64,000 nt of DNA, taken from the NCBI GenBank assembly GCA_973895155.1, contig OZ316892.1, positions 167,646 to 231,645 of the forward strand, written 5' to 3'. The notes beneath the pieces were generated by a model, which did no database searches, was not told the origin of the DNA, and saw only the letters and a list, made by a program, of their open reading frames with translations. Numbering within the stretch: the stretch's first letter is position 1; each line of letters opens with the position of its first letter. This stretch comes from Marsupella aquatica. Lineage: Eukaryota; Plantae; Marchantiophyta. This document shows, one piece after another, positions 22,940 through 35,948 of this stretch. Made by a program: the position numbers and the translations under genes.

Positions 22940-25900
22940 TGTCACGTCGTCAGCCTGGGCCTTCCCCTGGGCTTCGGCTTAGACGGGCACATCCTTCATA
23001 AAAATGAGGGTTTGGGCAGGGAGGGACGCACGAAATGCACCTAACTCACGTAATCTAGCGCTAAGTGCATCTACTATTACTTATGGACACCTCCTAGGTA
23101 TGATTTGTGTTCTGCCGCCAGAACGTACGTTAGTCGATAGCGGGATCGGCCCCGGCTTACGGACTTCTAAGCCTTCGTGCTGTCCACCTTTGATCCGGAT
23201 TTGATAATACGAGCACTTAACCCGGGCTCGCAACCACCTACCCGCAAGTTGCACCCCGTGCACGGCTTGGGAAGTGCATTCGTCCAGGCATTGGCACCCA
23301 TACACGAGATTCACACATGTACACACATATGATCTTGATTTACATGAAGGAAATAATGGGAAAGGATTTTACTACATAGATGGACATACGCGTACACTTA
23401 GTTGACCCAAAAGCTCTTGAATGCACAGGTCCAAGGCCAAGGATGCACACTACAACGGAGCCCAACTTTGCACTTGCCCCGTGAGCTTAGTCATACCCCC
23501 TCCCCTTGGTACTCTTTCACTCATAGAGGTCGGGACTCCCCGCACATACTGCGGATGTCCAACTCTGAGACCAAAAACCCCTGCCTCTACCAAGGGGCGC
23601 ACTAAATACTAAGGGCTGAGGACTAGAGTGGCCTCAAGCCTAAATATTCACTAACTAAGATCCTAACTAAGCTAGCTTGTCAGGCCGGGAAACGACTTGT
23701 CTTATTAGAAGATTCTAATCTATGTTGGCTGGACAATATGGCAGCGCCGCTTTAACTAGGGCACGCGCTTGTCCCTATAGCCTCATTTAGCTACTTCTAA
23801 CTCTATTTTAATCCTACTCCACCACTAATGTCTGGCACACTTGCCAGAGCCGCTTGAGTGGGAGCGACTATCCCGCTGCCTCCTGAGCCTGTCGGCATCC
23901 TGCTTGAGTAGCTGGACCTGGTCCAACAAAGATTCATTCTCACGCTTTGCCGTGTCCGTCTCTTCCGTGGCCTCCTGATATGCCTCCTCCAGTTGTTGGA
24001 CGTTGCTCGTCAGCTTATCCACCAATTGGGCCTGCTTTGTGGCTTCTCCTTGAAGCCGCGCCACCTCTGTTTTTAGGGTGTCAATCTTGGCTGCATCCCA
24101 CCAAGACCGAGAGTTAGCTTCCTCCAGATCCTTCTGCCAAATGATGGCTTGTCCCTTCAAACCATCGATCTTGGTCCGGAGCCGTGCGATCTTGGCGTCC
24201 TTTCCGAGCTCGGCTTGCTCTCCTAAGGCTGCCCGGGCTCCGGCTTTGGCAACCTGATCCTCCGTGGCCGTTACCCAAGGTTGCGGTTGCTAGAGTTCAG
24301 TCTCCAGGGCTGCCACTTTGTCCTTCAGGTAGGCAGACTCAACCCGGTATCGCTCAATTCTTTGCGCTGTCTCTGCCTGCGTGTGTCCTGCCTTTACAGC
24401 CGCAACCAACTCTTGGTTGAAGAAGTAGGCCACCTTCCGTGCCATGTATTCCCCGGTATCCCATGCGATCGGTTGAGAGAAATCTCCCAACAACCCGTTA
24501 AGAAATGTGCCCGATGCAAAGAGTTCCAGGTGGTCCAGACTATGCCCATCTAGATTTAGAGTAGGAGTGGAAACATCCAGCCCTTGAGGTACGTCGGTCA
24601 AAGGGGCTGGTTCCACTGGCCGGGTCTCTTGTACAGCCGTGGGGGTGGTGGGATCTCCTCGGTCACCGTAGTATCGGGTTTGGGTCTAGCCTCAGCTGGC
24701 CTGGCTTCAATTGTGTTGACCCGGTTGATTGCTTCCAAGGTCACGATAACTACGTCCATGGGTACGCTTGGCGGGGCGGCAGCGGCTGGTTGCAGGGCTG
24801 GGGTGGCAGGGCCTATAGCTGCCAGGCTGCGGGCCTCGGGCTACGGTCACCTCTCCTGAGCCGGGAATACCCACTTTGAGGGGGTCAATTCAGTCTCGTT
24901 GTTGCGTGGGAGGCTACGGCGGTCAAAACGGGCGTACCACTTGATGATGATCTCAATGTGGCTCACGAAGTACGCCTTTCCGCCAAGGTATAAAGTTGTC
25001 CTTCTCCTTTCCATCTCCTCGTGGAACTTCTTAACGAAGAAGGACGCCCACTTCCTAGGCCAAAAGTTCTCTACTTGTATGACCTAGGCGGCGGATATTT
25101 CTCCCCGTGGTTCCATCATATGGAGGGCATACCGCTGGAAATCCAGGCATTCTGCTACCTCCGGGATGAGGCATGTCCTCATCAAGAATCCGTTGTCTAC
25201 TACTCCCTTGGTCGGGAAGCTAGAAGACTGGTATTTAGCTCCCTTGCCCCTAGGAGCCCGTGACTCTACCCGGTTTATCCCCTCGGGTAGGCCAAAAATC
25301 ATCTTCAAACGTGCCTCATTGAGACACATCACTCTCCCGTGCACTCGGGTTTGTTGACGGGCCTCGTCAAATTTCTGAATGAACTCTGTCATATCCTGCC
25401 CGTAGTACCTGCTTCCATTCCAAGGGAGAGAGGCGAGGTGCTCAAACCCTTGGGTCTTCAGGTAGCATGCATGCTTGGGGTGGAGGATGTTCTTGTGACC
25501 ATTCTCTCCCATGCGATGCATGGTCAGCTTGGCCACCACAACCATGGCTAAAGGCAACCCGGATATAGCTGCGGGTTCCTTTCTCTTCCTACCCCGAGAC
25601 TGATTCCCGGGGTGACTAGAAGAGGGGGACATCTCTCCTTCCTCCCGGTCAGGCGGTAGTAGCGCTACTACCGTGAGTATTGGTGCCGGGGCCGCTAGAG
25701 TCACCGTGTGATCCCCTTGGGTTTGCTGGAGTGGCGCCAAGTTGCTCGGCGCCTGTTGATTCGTACCCCGCGGCCATCGATTCAGAGGAGGGTGAGCCTC
25801 CTTGTCTTTAGAGCTAATATTCACAGCATTTACCACGGATCGCACTCGGAGAGGTGGTGCTACCGGTGGTGGAGATTGGCTTGGCTGAGGCCGAGGTGGT

Positions 25901-26228
25901 GTTGGTGCGGACATGGATAGGTTGGCGCCAGTTGCGGCTGGTGGAGGCGCCATGAGATTCAGGTAGGCCCTGGGGAAGTCGAGTGATGTTAGGATAGGAG
26001 TCTCACTTGTTTGAGCAGGGCCAAACTGACAGTCTATGGAGGCTTGAACCCGGGCGGGGATATGGTCGTAATGGTGTGGCTGCAAGTCTATTGTGCCTGA
26101 GAGATGGTAAACCTTGTTTGGAAGCCAAAGAAGTGCCTCCCAAAATCCAACGTACTTCTCGTCAACGAAGAAGTATTCGCTGATTTCATCGACTCGGCAA
26201 AGCTCACTTTGAAAAGGGAGGTCAAAGT
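22940..26228 (-). mobile_element. Family B LTR-like unit (truncated) carrying a PMD-like/coiled-coil ORF
   Basis: Begins TGTCACGTCGTCAGCC, the same terminus as at 55188; colinear with 55188-55449 and 57670-58920; right end replaced by other sequence. Confidence 0.7.
23825..26085 (-). pseudogene. Family B accessory ORF: PMD-like domain then coiled coil
   Basis: GFEHLASLPW..MTEF..QTRVHGRVMCLNEARLKMIFGLP..NGF..C.IPEVAECLDF aligns by eye with the family A ORF; heptad-rich fragments at 24290-24616 and 23825-24160. Confidence 0.7.
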
Positions 26229-26380
26229 TATTATACCCTAACTATGATTGGGTATACTAACTATAGTTAGAACCCATGGTTAACTCCAACCAGAGTTACC
26301 ATATGTATATATTTTCTCCTTGGAATAGAAGATCATATCATTGTTGGTGTATTTGGTTTGTAACACGTTATCAGCACGAG
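26229..26380 (+). mobile_element. Short Bianca-type copia LTR + PBS remnant
   Basis: Ends GTAACA then CGTTATCAGCACGAG, the same PBS-side motif as the 17399-22860 element; left end approximate. Confidence 0.55.
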
Positions 26381-26425
26381 TGTGCTCTTAATTTTATTTT
26401 TTAGGGGTCGTTCAATGTCAAGGCG

Positions 26426-26446
26426 TTTAGGGTTTAGGGTTTAGGG
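26426..26446 (+). repeat. Interstitial (TTTAGGG)3 plant telomere-type repeat
   Basis: tttagggtttagggtttaggg. Confidence 0.85.
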
Positions 26447-26559
26447 CAATACTTGGCCTAGCAAGTATACTATACGGCTAGGCCGAATCAATCATTAACC
26501 GCCATGCTGGCGGCGTCACAAATGGGGGAAAAATTTGAACCCTTTAAGGGAACCCTAAA

Positions 26560-27598
26560 GTGGAATTTATAAGAGAGGAAGTGACAAAAATACACACCGG
26601 GGAACCAATGAGCAGCGAAGGAGTAAAAGCGACCGTGATACCTTTGAGAAAGGTGAAAATCCCAATTTTCAAGGGTACATTAGAGGAAGACGCTAACACA
26701 AATTTGGCCAGATTTGAGGAAATACTTTGGGCTAATCACAAGCAAACTGATGTAACAAGACTGGAACTGTTTCCAAGTTCCTTGGATAAGGGTACTTTTG
26801 TCTGGTACACCCAATACCCACCTGGTCATTTTCAAGAATAAATACTTTTAGCAAAGTCTTTTCTAGACCAGTATTGAGTGGCTAAAGAAGAGACTGATCT
26901 GTATAGCATTTTACAAAATATGACGCAGCAAAAGACAGAATCAGTTCAGAGTTACATAGGAAGATTAAAGGTTGCTATGCGCAGATTGACTCATAAACCA
27001 TCTGATGCCCAACGGATTAGTTGGATGAGGAGAGCAGTTAAAGAAAATTTGGTAATTGTGGTAGAACAAAACCCCACTCAAGATGCTGATGAGTATGAGA
27101 GAAGGCTTATTAGGTTAGAAGGGATTACTCAGATATGGGCTTAGATGATGAAGACTGATTTTTCTACCCAAAGTGAGGGGGAAACAATTAAAGGTAAAGG
27201 AGAGGGCTCTAAATGAGAAAAGAGAGTATAAAGGAAGAAAATTTTGTGAAATCCACATGAGGGCAGGGCATACCACCCAAGAATGTTTCCAGAACCCCTG
27301 CAAGAAAGGAGGGAATTTGGCAGTAAACGCAGTAGAGCAAGGTTCCAGAGAAACTGAAAGGATAGAAAATAATCAAAACTATTACAATCCTGATAGACAA
27401 TTTACTAAGAAAAGGAATTTCAGGGATGAAGGAGAGAGACCTCCTCTTACATGTTATTATTGTGGGAAGCTTGGTCATATAAGAGGGGCTAAATGTGAAT
27501 TGTGGGTGCAACACAATAAGGAAAGAACAAAAGCACAAACTAAAGCCCCAGTTAACCGAGCTGTGAGAGCTGAGAGAGAGAAAGTGGAGCAAAGTTGA
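26560..27598 (+). pseudogene. Ty3/gypsy gag remnant
   Basis: KIPIFKG..EDAN...RFE, LFPSSL..WY, QQKTESVQSY, knuckles CEIHMRAGHTTQEC and CYYCGKLGH; stops and frameshift. Confidence 0.75.
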
Positions 27599-27599
27599 G

Positions 27600-28340
27600 C
27601 TGAAGGACTTGGTTTTCATCGGGAGGAAGGGGGTATTTGTTTGGCAGCTGGGCTGGCTCATCTGACCGGCCTGCTGCCGGTGGATGATTCATGGTTGCGG
27701 TGGGTTGAGCTCTTAATAGAACGTCTTCACGAGCAATTTGGATAACGCAGGGTCGGTTGGTGAGTATAAGAATTTTTTGGGATTACGGTATGTACTAAGG
27801 TGACTTCGGACGATGTCTGCGCAAAAAGGGAATGATTTGAGTGACTCGATGGGTGTATCTGGATCGCGGTGCCTAAGCAGTGGGACTGATTGAATTGGGA
27901 GTTCGGGACCGCTCCCTTACTTAGAAGTTAACAGCCGAATGGTGTGTAGAAGAAACTAGAAATACTGGTAAGGACTTTGCCTGCGTGGACAGGCGTGGAA
28001 CTGCATTGGATTGGCTGAATTGCTCTCGGAGGCTGATAAGGACGGGTGTGTGGTGAGACACACAGTGCGATTGTAGAAGCTTGACATTGGGGAGACTGCT
28101 GCACCCCGTGGCTGAACGCTTATTGGAACTTCAAAGTAGAGTACGAGCAGCTTAAATATAGAGCATTGGTCTGATCGTTTACCACTCTCTACGATAGGTG
28201 CCGGAACCCTGCCTTAATTCAGCGGGCGGCAAGGGTGAGGACAATGGAGGTGAATTTAGCAGCTATATCTGCGGCTACAGGATCGGATTCATCAACTCGA
28301 TTTGAGTCAAGAGAGAGTGGTGTTGAGGAGGACTTGTAGC
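27600..28340 (+). mobile_element. Probable degenerate 3' part of a LINE ORF2
   Basis: Trp-rich broken frames resembling LINE ORF2 C-terminal regions, directly upstream of the next LINE; no decisive motif. Confidence 0.3.
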
Positions 28341-28565
28341 AGACAGCAATCTCGACTCTTTCACACTCTGAGTTGAGTACCTTGCTGCCTTAACCCCTTC
28401 ATTCTTGTTAACATTATCTTATCATATTCTCGAATTGCGCCGAGTGGGATTTCGGGTGAGGTGGACCTGGGGCAGACAGCAATATCAACTCTCACATCTC
28501 CTAAGCTGCATTCCTTGCTGCATTATCCCCCTCATTAGGGACAGATTGACTCGAGTGAGCGTATA

Positions 28566-30674
28566 ATGGAAGTAGACAGCACCGGAGGGCGGAGTGGAGT
28601 GAACCCTACGAGAGGTTATGGGGACGGAGGTAATCAACCATGGCAAGATCAGGGGCGGGCGTTCTATAGAGCTGAGCAATTCAGCAGACAGGATTCACGT
28701 AGCTCTCCATTCCGCGGGTGGGGGCGAGGTCCGTTCTCGGAGATGCATAGGCGCGCACCATTTGCTGCACAGCGCCCTTTTGACCTTTTTGAGAGCCTGA
28801 CACAACAACAGAACTTTACTTCTATGAGTTCTGGGCCACAAGGGCATCTCGCAGATGGGGGTTACAGGCAGGAGGATAGGAGGGATCAGCCAAAAGTAAC
28901 CGACGATAGCCCACGGAATGTCAAAATGGCCTCTGAACCGTAGCTGGATCCGGCTGCGCAAGCCCATCACACTGAAGCAGCAGAGACAACTCCGCAGGAG
29001 ATCAATGGGCCTGGGAAGAATGCTCCCTCAGGGACGGGATTGGAATCGGAAACAGTGACTGAAGAATGCATCAATATTCTCAAAGAGATCGGGGAAGGGT
29101 CCAAGGGCGACTGGAACCAGAAACTCTTCACCACAGTCGAATGGACCATAGAGGAAGCAGCAAGTAATGTTCGCTAGCTATACAACTGTGCTATGATTTG
29201 CTATTTCATAGATAGGACCCCGATGCTACAGATCTTTCGTGCATGGATAGAAGAGAATATGGTATATGGCAGAAATTGGCCTATCCTGTAGGTGAAATTT
29301 GTGGGCAAGAATTTTTACCTGGTGGTATTTGAAAATGCGGATCATAGAGACTTAGCACTGTCAGTGGCTCCATGGTTTATGGATAGAAGACTGGTGTTTA
29401 CATTCCCCTGGGACCCGGCTTTTGATATTAGAACTGAAAAATACACCAAACTTCCAGTGTGGATCAAACTACCATTCAGGGCCTTGGTGCTTGAGGGATG
29501 CAGAATCAAGATTGCTGAATCATTGGGGAAATTATTGCATTACATACAGAGAGATGAGTACAACTCTTTTCCGCATGACCGAGCCTGCATATTATGGGAC
29601 ACGGAGCGGGAAGTCCCCTTTAGTGCTCGAGTCAAGATTCGAGAGGATATTAATATCTGGCAGCCAATCCGGTTCAAGAACATACCGTTCCATTGCTTCA
29701 AGTGCAATAAGAAAGGACATTTAGCCAGGGAATGCAGGGAGGGGCTGGAACCGAATGCTACAGAGGTGGAACACACTGTGAGGGAGAACGCTGCTCACAA
29801 GGTGGGAGAAAAGGAGGTTGATGGCACGGTGGGTGAGGACGTAGTTCGCACCCTGGATGAAAGAGATACAGAAGCAGAGGGAGATCCTGAGGAGGTGTTG
29901 TGAAATCAGCTGGCTATGAATCTTCAGGCCAGAAGTAGGGGCAATTTGGTGCCCCTCGATGCTGGGCCTTCAGTTGCAGCAGATATCACAATAGTTGAAC
30001 TGTTACTGGAACATAGTAAAGAAGGCATAGGCCGGACTTCCGTGCTGGAAGCGGCTCCCCAGTGGGAATTATTAGTGAACAAGGGATTCCGGGCGGACGC
30101 AACACTGCTCCCTCGGGGCCGGGAGGAATCACCACATTCTCCTACATTGCCAGCAAAAAACGTATTGGCTGCTGAGGCGACCATCTTTGTTCCTGCAGGA
30201 CTTGCAAATATGGCTGAGACCTCATTGGGGATAATGAATCCCTCAGTGAAAGATGCGGATCCCGGGACCTTTTCCTACCATGGTGACTCGAAAGCAGATC
30301 TGGACATGTCTGAGTACAAAGAATATGTCTCTGGCACAGGGAAGGAAAGAGCCCGCAAACTTGAGAGCCAAACACCACCTCTTGCTAAGAGGGATAGGAG
30401 TAAGCAAGATGCCAAGAAGCAATGCTCTATCCATTTCTCACCTGCATTTGTGTCCACCGCAGGTGATGTTGAGAACCGGGATGGGAGCAGAAACGGAGAG
30501 GAGCGGGAGCAGGAAATGCGAAGGCACACCACGTTTGAGGGGGCCCTCCCAATAGTGGAGGTGGAAGATACATGGATGGAGGTGGCGTCTGGGGATACAC
30601 CCCGGAGACAAAAGGGAGATCAGGCTAGCCGGGAGGGACACTATTTCTCTCCGGGAGGACGTGCATGTATCTAG
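28566..30674 (+). pseudogene. LINE ORF1
   Basis: FYLVVFEN..RDLAL..PWF, LPVWIKLP, KIAESLG, CFKCNKKGHLAREC; in-frame stops. Confidence 0.85.
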
Positions 30675-30718
30675 GGAAACAGGATGTACATCCTTATGGT
30701 TGGGGTGCATACAACTCT

Positions 30719-32337
30719 ATGAGAACTTTACGCATTGCAGCGTGGAACGTTTGTGGATTGTGTGAGCCCAATAGGAAAACAGTTGTAAAGCATTGGACTG
30801 AAGAATGCAGAGAGAAGATCGATATCCTTGCTCTACAAGAAATTAAGGCAGACCAATTCAGGCTTGACATTGCTCTGAGAGCAATACTGCCATCATACCA
30901 ACACTTGACATCTGCACCGGAGGAGGGCTGGGGGGGCTCTGCTCTGCTGCTACATCCAGACCTGAAGATTGTGGCTCAGGGTGTAGTTGATGGGGGAAGA
31001 GCAGTGTGGGCACGGATTGAGGTAGACGGAAACTCTTTTGGTATAGTGAGAATATACGCATCGAATTCCCCTCGGCAGAGGGCATGCTTATGGCATGAGC
31101 TGAAGACACTCCTCCCCCAGGGGAACTGGATTCTTGGGGGTGACTTTAACATGACGGAACTTAGTGAAGATTCCACTGGAATTTCCCCTCTGATTAAGGG
31201 CCGGGAAGCAGAATTCTGGCGTTTTTTTAAAGTAAGACTGGACTTGGTGGATGCTATAAGGATTAGGGGGGAGGCCAGTGGTGCCCCTTTCACCTGGCGA
31301 AGGCTCAGGAACACTACAACAGTACAGTCTAGACTAGATAGATTTTATTTCAGTGATCAAGGAGAATGGTTGGAGGAATTAATGGAATTGAATCACGACG
31401 GGGGATTGGCACTTTCTGACCATGACCCAGTGGTGATTAAAATTGGACTGGGAACGAGAAAAACTACTCGATCCCCCTTAGGAGGTCCGGGTGGTTCAAA
31501 GCCAACCCTGCGGTGGTAAGAAATCAGGAAAATTTAACTGCACTTGAAGGAGCATGGAATGCAGGGAAGGGAGGTTTCTTGGAGCCGCTGCTGGCTTTTG
31601 ATCGAGCAAGCAGTAGCATGAGACAGATGTACAGGAGTAAACAGAGCTCCCCAACAGAACGAGCAGAAGAAATGAGGAGGTTAAGGAATAAGCTACATGA
31701 ATGCAAGGAGACTTTTCTGGATGCACATTCAGAGGATGATTTGAGAGAGTATGTCAATGCAGAAGATCTTTTGCATGTTGCTGAACTAGAAGAAGCACAT
31801 ATAGGAAGACGTCTTGCCCGGATCAAATGGTTGGGCGAAGGGGATGAGCCCACTCGCTTCTATTTTGCTACAGTAAAAGCTAAGAGAAGTAGGGAGGCCA
31901 TGAGGACTCTAGTAACCGAGGGAGGAGGTGAGATTACTGATCAGGCGGCTATTCTGCAGGAAGTGGTACGACACTATAAGGAACTGTAAGAGTATTGTAA
32001 ACTGTGCAGTGGAACAGTAGAAACTATCCCCCATCTTTTCTCCCAATGTACTCATGCCAAGAGATGTTGGTCATTAGCTGTAGCGTGTTTCTCAGGTACC
32101 TTTACTGATTATTCGGATAGGATACTTGAGCTGTTGCTTCTTACTACTAAGGAAGACCCTGGCACAATTGCAAAGCTATTTATGTTCTATCAGATTCTAT
32201 GGTCCTTATGGCAGAGTAAGAATGCACACATGTTTCAGGCCAATGGCTTTAGGACATTTGATCTTTGCTTTATTCTCTCAGAAGCTACTGACCATGCATC
32301 GGCGGTGGGCCCACAACTACATTTTGACTCAACTTAA
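30719..32337 (+). pseudogene. LINE ORF2 (endonuclease + C-terminal zinc finger; RT absent)
   Basis: AAWNVCGL, ILALQE, GGDFN, FTW, SRLDRFY, SDHDP, KWLGEGDEPTRFYFA. Confidence 0.88.
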
Positions 32338-33058
32338 CGTTGCCTCACAACAGGCTAATCTCGACATATGAAACTCTAAACGGAAACACGGAATCCCCAA
32401 GGTAAAATTGGCAACGTTCTGGACGTCTAGATTGACGTGGTTGCTTACGTCGTCTCACACGACGCACATTGCCACACCGCCAACGTGGTTCTTTGTGGGC
32501 ACGACGTCCTATGCATCGTTAGAGTACTGGGCTAATGTAGATTTCCATGTCCATTGAACGTCGCACGAACTGACGTTAATACAAACAAAACGCCGTGATT
32601 GACGACGTTGACTCCCTCATATAAAACAACGTTAGTTTTTGTAACGACGTCGGGGACACCGTTACGTTTGATGTAATGTGAATTCGTTCATTGGTTTATG
32701 TCGTGTGATAAGACGTTGTTATCATATATCGATGTCATGAACGACGTTGTGTGAAAGTGGAAGACTACGTCTGGGTCATACCTTGTGAGAAGCTTGGTAA
32801 CTTTATGAATGAACGAGCCCCCTTTATTATGCCGGACCCTGCCATACAACCTTATTGGAGGTTATAAACACACTTAAGCTAGGGTTACAATGGGGTGAGC
32901 ATTATTTGGGTAGGCACTTGGGGTTTAGGGATACACATTCAATATGCATATGGTATAGACGTTGTAATCCGCAAAAAGTGTCATATTAGATAATATTGTT
33001 ATGGGCCAAATATGTACAAAATGGAGGATGAAGTCGAGCAAGTAAAATAGGCTATACC

Positions 33059-34739
33059 CTAGTCACGCTCAGTCCGCTTGGTATCACGTCCAGACCTGCG
33101 TGTAGAAGTGGGTTGTACGCCTCTCGGGCACAACTCGTACCTGGAGTCATCCTCCTCTAAGCTAGTGGTACTGGGGGACAACGTATCTGCCTGTGTTGCA
33201 GCCCTATGAGTAGTCACTGGCCTACTCCCCTTACTGTGTGGAGGTCGCCTAGTGTCATCCCTCCTCCTCCTCTCCCTCTCCCTCCCCCTCCGTCTATCTG
33301 ACCTATCTCTCCCTATCTCCCTCTCTCTCCCTCCCTCGGCTCTCTCTCTCTCCCTCCGGCCTTGGCCACTAGTACGCCCCCCATGAGTCTCTGCCTCCTC
33401 CTGCCCACAATCTACGTGAGCCTCCTCCTGCAAACCCTCCTCGGGCTGGCAAGTGATCCTCAGGGATGGCTCGTGCAACCAAGCCCTCCGAAGGAGTCCA
33501 ATCCTCCACCTGCATGATAGCATTCTGGTCAGTTAATGTCACAGAGTAGGCCTAAAGTCAACTACAACCTAGCAATCACTTTAGCTCTTACCCGGTGATC
33601 CTCCGGGACTGAGGCCAACTTGGCCCATAGCGCTGCCGGGCCATACCGTTTCGAGTACAGCCGCTCCTCCTCCGACGGCTCGGCATCGACACCAAACTTG
33701 CGTTTCTACGAGAAAGCAAAAGAACGTCGTTCCTAAGCACGTATTCAACCCTCTCAGCATCGGTGCTAACGTCGTTCCATGCGTTGCATATCTAGTTAAC
33801 GTCGCTCTAACAACGTTTTCACTAAAGCGGTACATGTAACGTCTCAAGGACGATGTTCTTCCTAAGGTACGTCTCAGATGAAGTTACAAAGCAAATTTAA
33901 CGTTGTTATGGACGACGTTATGAATGAATCAGGCGACGTAATTTCAAAATCTTGACGTTACACTATGGTGTACACCGGAGCAGCGAAATGAAAACGTGGA
34001 AGTTGGGTCTGAGACTTACGTAGGTTGCGAGGAACCCTCGCCATCATCCTTGCCCCTAGAAATTGGTTACTAGAAGGCGTCCGCTATTCTTTCGAGTTGC
34101 AGTGGCTTTGTCACCCATGTGCACTCGTTTTCCTACTTGGGTGTTTGGGGGTACTTCAAGTTCAGACACAATCAAGTTGAAGTCCGACTCGGCCATCCCT
34201 TCAGGCTTACGGTACTGCCCTGTCTTCTCGCATTTCATTGCTCGGACCTTGCTTCTCCACCTGAATCTTCTGTCAGCAAGGAAACTCACAATCTTCTGCC
34301 TGATGTGTCAAAAATCAATCTCTCTGCCATTCTTGAATCCGGCCTGTATGTCATTGAGGAGTACTTGAAACTTCTTTGTATTGTGCACGAGGTCCTTCCA
34401 AGTCGTCCACCCAGGGTAGTGTTTCGTACAGCAGACCTGCACTCGATTCGTTAGCGCCTTCTCATCAAGCACCTCTGGCTTTGCATCAAAAGCAACCAGG
34501 CTGATGACCGGCAGTTGTTCTTTGCTGGTAGGAGTAGCAACGGTTCGGTGAGGAGAAGCTCGCCGATGACCTCCTCCGATTGAATGTGAATGTCGAGGTG
34601 ACCTTCGACCTCTCCTATCTCTGTCCACCCTCGAATCTTGTTCAGCCCTTTTTCTCTTGTGTGTGCTGCGGCTGTCTCTTTCTCTGCGCTCCTTTCCCTT
34701 CCCCTTTTTTTGTCTCCTCTCAATGCTCAAGCAGGTCAT
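33059..34739 (-). pseudogene. CACTA TnpA-like fragments
   Basis: TTWKDL..FLADRRFRWRSK..KPEGMAESDFNLIV across a stop; downstream charged low-complexity ORF 33059-33523. Confidence 0.45.
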
Positions 34740-35312
34740 GGTATTGCATCATTTTGTGTCTGGGCTTTGGAGCGCATGGAGAGGCTCTTGGCTGTGCATG
34801 GGTCTACATCCATTCCCATTGATGTACAAAACATCATTAGAGGGCCAGGGATGCGGGCCACGACTCATACACACATGTATGAGTCAGGGCATCACTTTCG
34901 GACTTGGAGGACAGACCATATGAAGAAGAGTACTTGTAACTCTGGAATCTTCATGATGACTGATGTAGATGATGTAGAGGTTCCTTATTGTGGGACAGTT
35001 GTGGACATTTTAGATGTTCATTTTGGGTCATTTGTCACCACTGTACTAGAGGTGAGGTGGCACAAGTCAATCATGTCACCCCTAGCGAGAGCTACGATGG
35101 TTGCGGATGAGTGTGGTTTTTATCGCGTGGACACAACCCGAGTTGCACCCACAGGGACTGAGTTTAGTGACACCATAGTTTTTCCTAGCCAGGTGGATCA
35201 GTGCATTATGGTTCCGATGCAGACCATGAGAGGATGGTCCATTGTCATACCAATTTTCCCTCGGCGAAGGAAGGGCTTCATGGCATCAGTCCTTGCAGAC
35301 GATGCGAACTGA
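34740..35312 (+). pseudogene. CACTA TnpD/Tnp2 C-terminal (DUF4216-like) fragment
   Basis: GHHFRT..CNSGI..YCGTVVDIL..VLEVRW..DECGF.RVD..IVFPSQVDQC. Confidence 0.8.
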
Positions 35313-35948
35313 CACTATCCTTCACACCCTCCATTTATATGTATTGGCTATGCCCACCTTCCACATATATATTGACATATGTTTCGACGTTTGAGATCTG
35401 GCAAACTGGAGGGAGAGTTGTGCAAAGTTTCTTCTTTCCTCACTTTATAGCTAAGAACACATTAAAAAGCATTAAACCTCGGCCTTCGAACAACCTTCAA
35501 TGGGTCCTAGCACGTAAACCCTTATCACGTTGGCCAATTGACACTTCGAACTTATTAACGTCAACCTCAACGTCATTAGACAATCAAAGGTCGCTTATAC
35601 CCATAATGAAGACGTTAATCTATAGTTTCATCGTAGATACATTGTACAAACAACGTATACATAGTACGTCCTTGGTTTACCGCGTAGTAGAGGACGTAGA
35701 TTGTGTTACCGTGTCTTAAACGACGTAAATGTTTATTTAACCATTCTTCTGATGACGTTCAAAGTTTCAATCGACGTTACTCACAAAACACATTACAAAT
35801 ATAAATTGCCTGGGAGGGACTTTTTATTCATGCACTCAGAAACATACAACGTGCACATAAGGCATGAGTCTGACTCCAGTCTAAACTGATTCCAATCCTA
35901 GGCAAATGATGCTCCTCCGTCTCCAACTGACCTTGGCACTAGTGTAGC

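Larger units (their letters stand above)
28440..32340 (+). mobile_element. L1-clade LINE with internal deletion of RT
   Basis: ORF1 with DUF4283-like region and CCHC knuckle; ORF2 APE endonuclease; abrupt join near 31990 to zf-RVT-like CKLC..ETIPHLFSQC; ends approximate. Confidence 0.85.
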
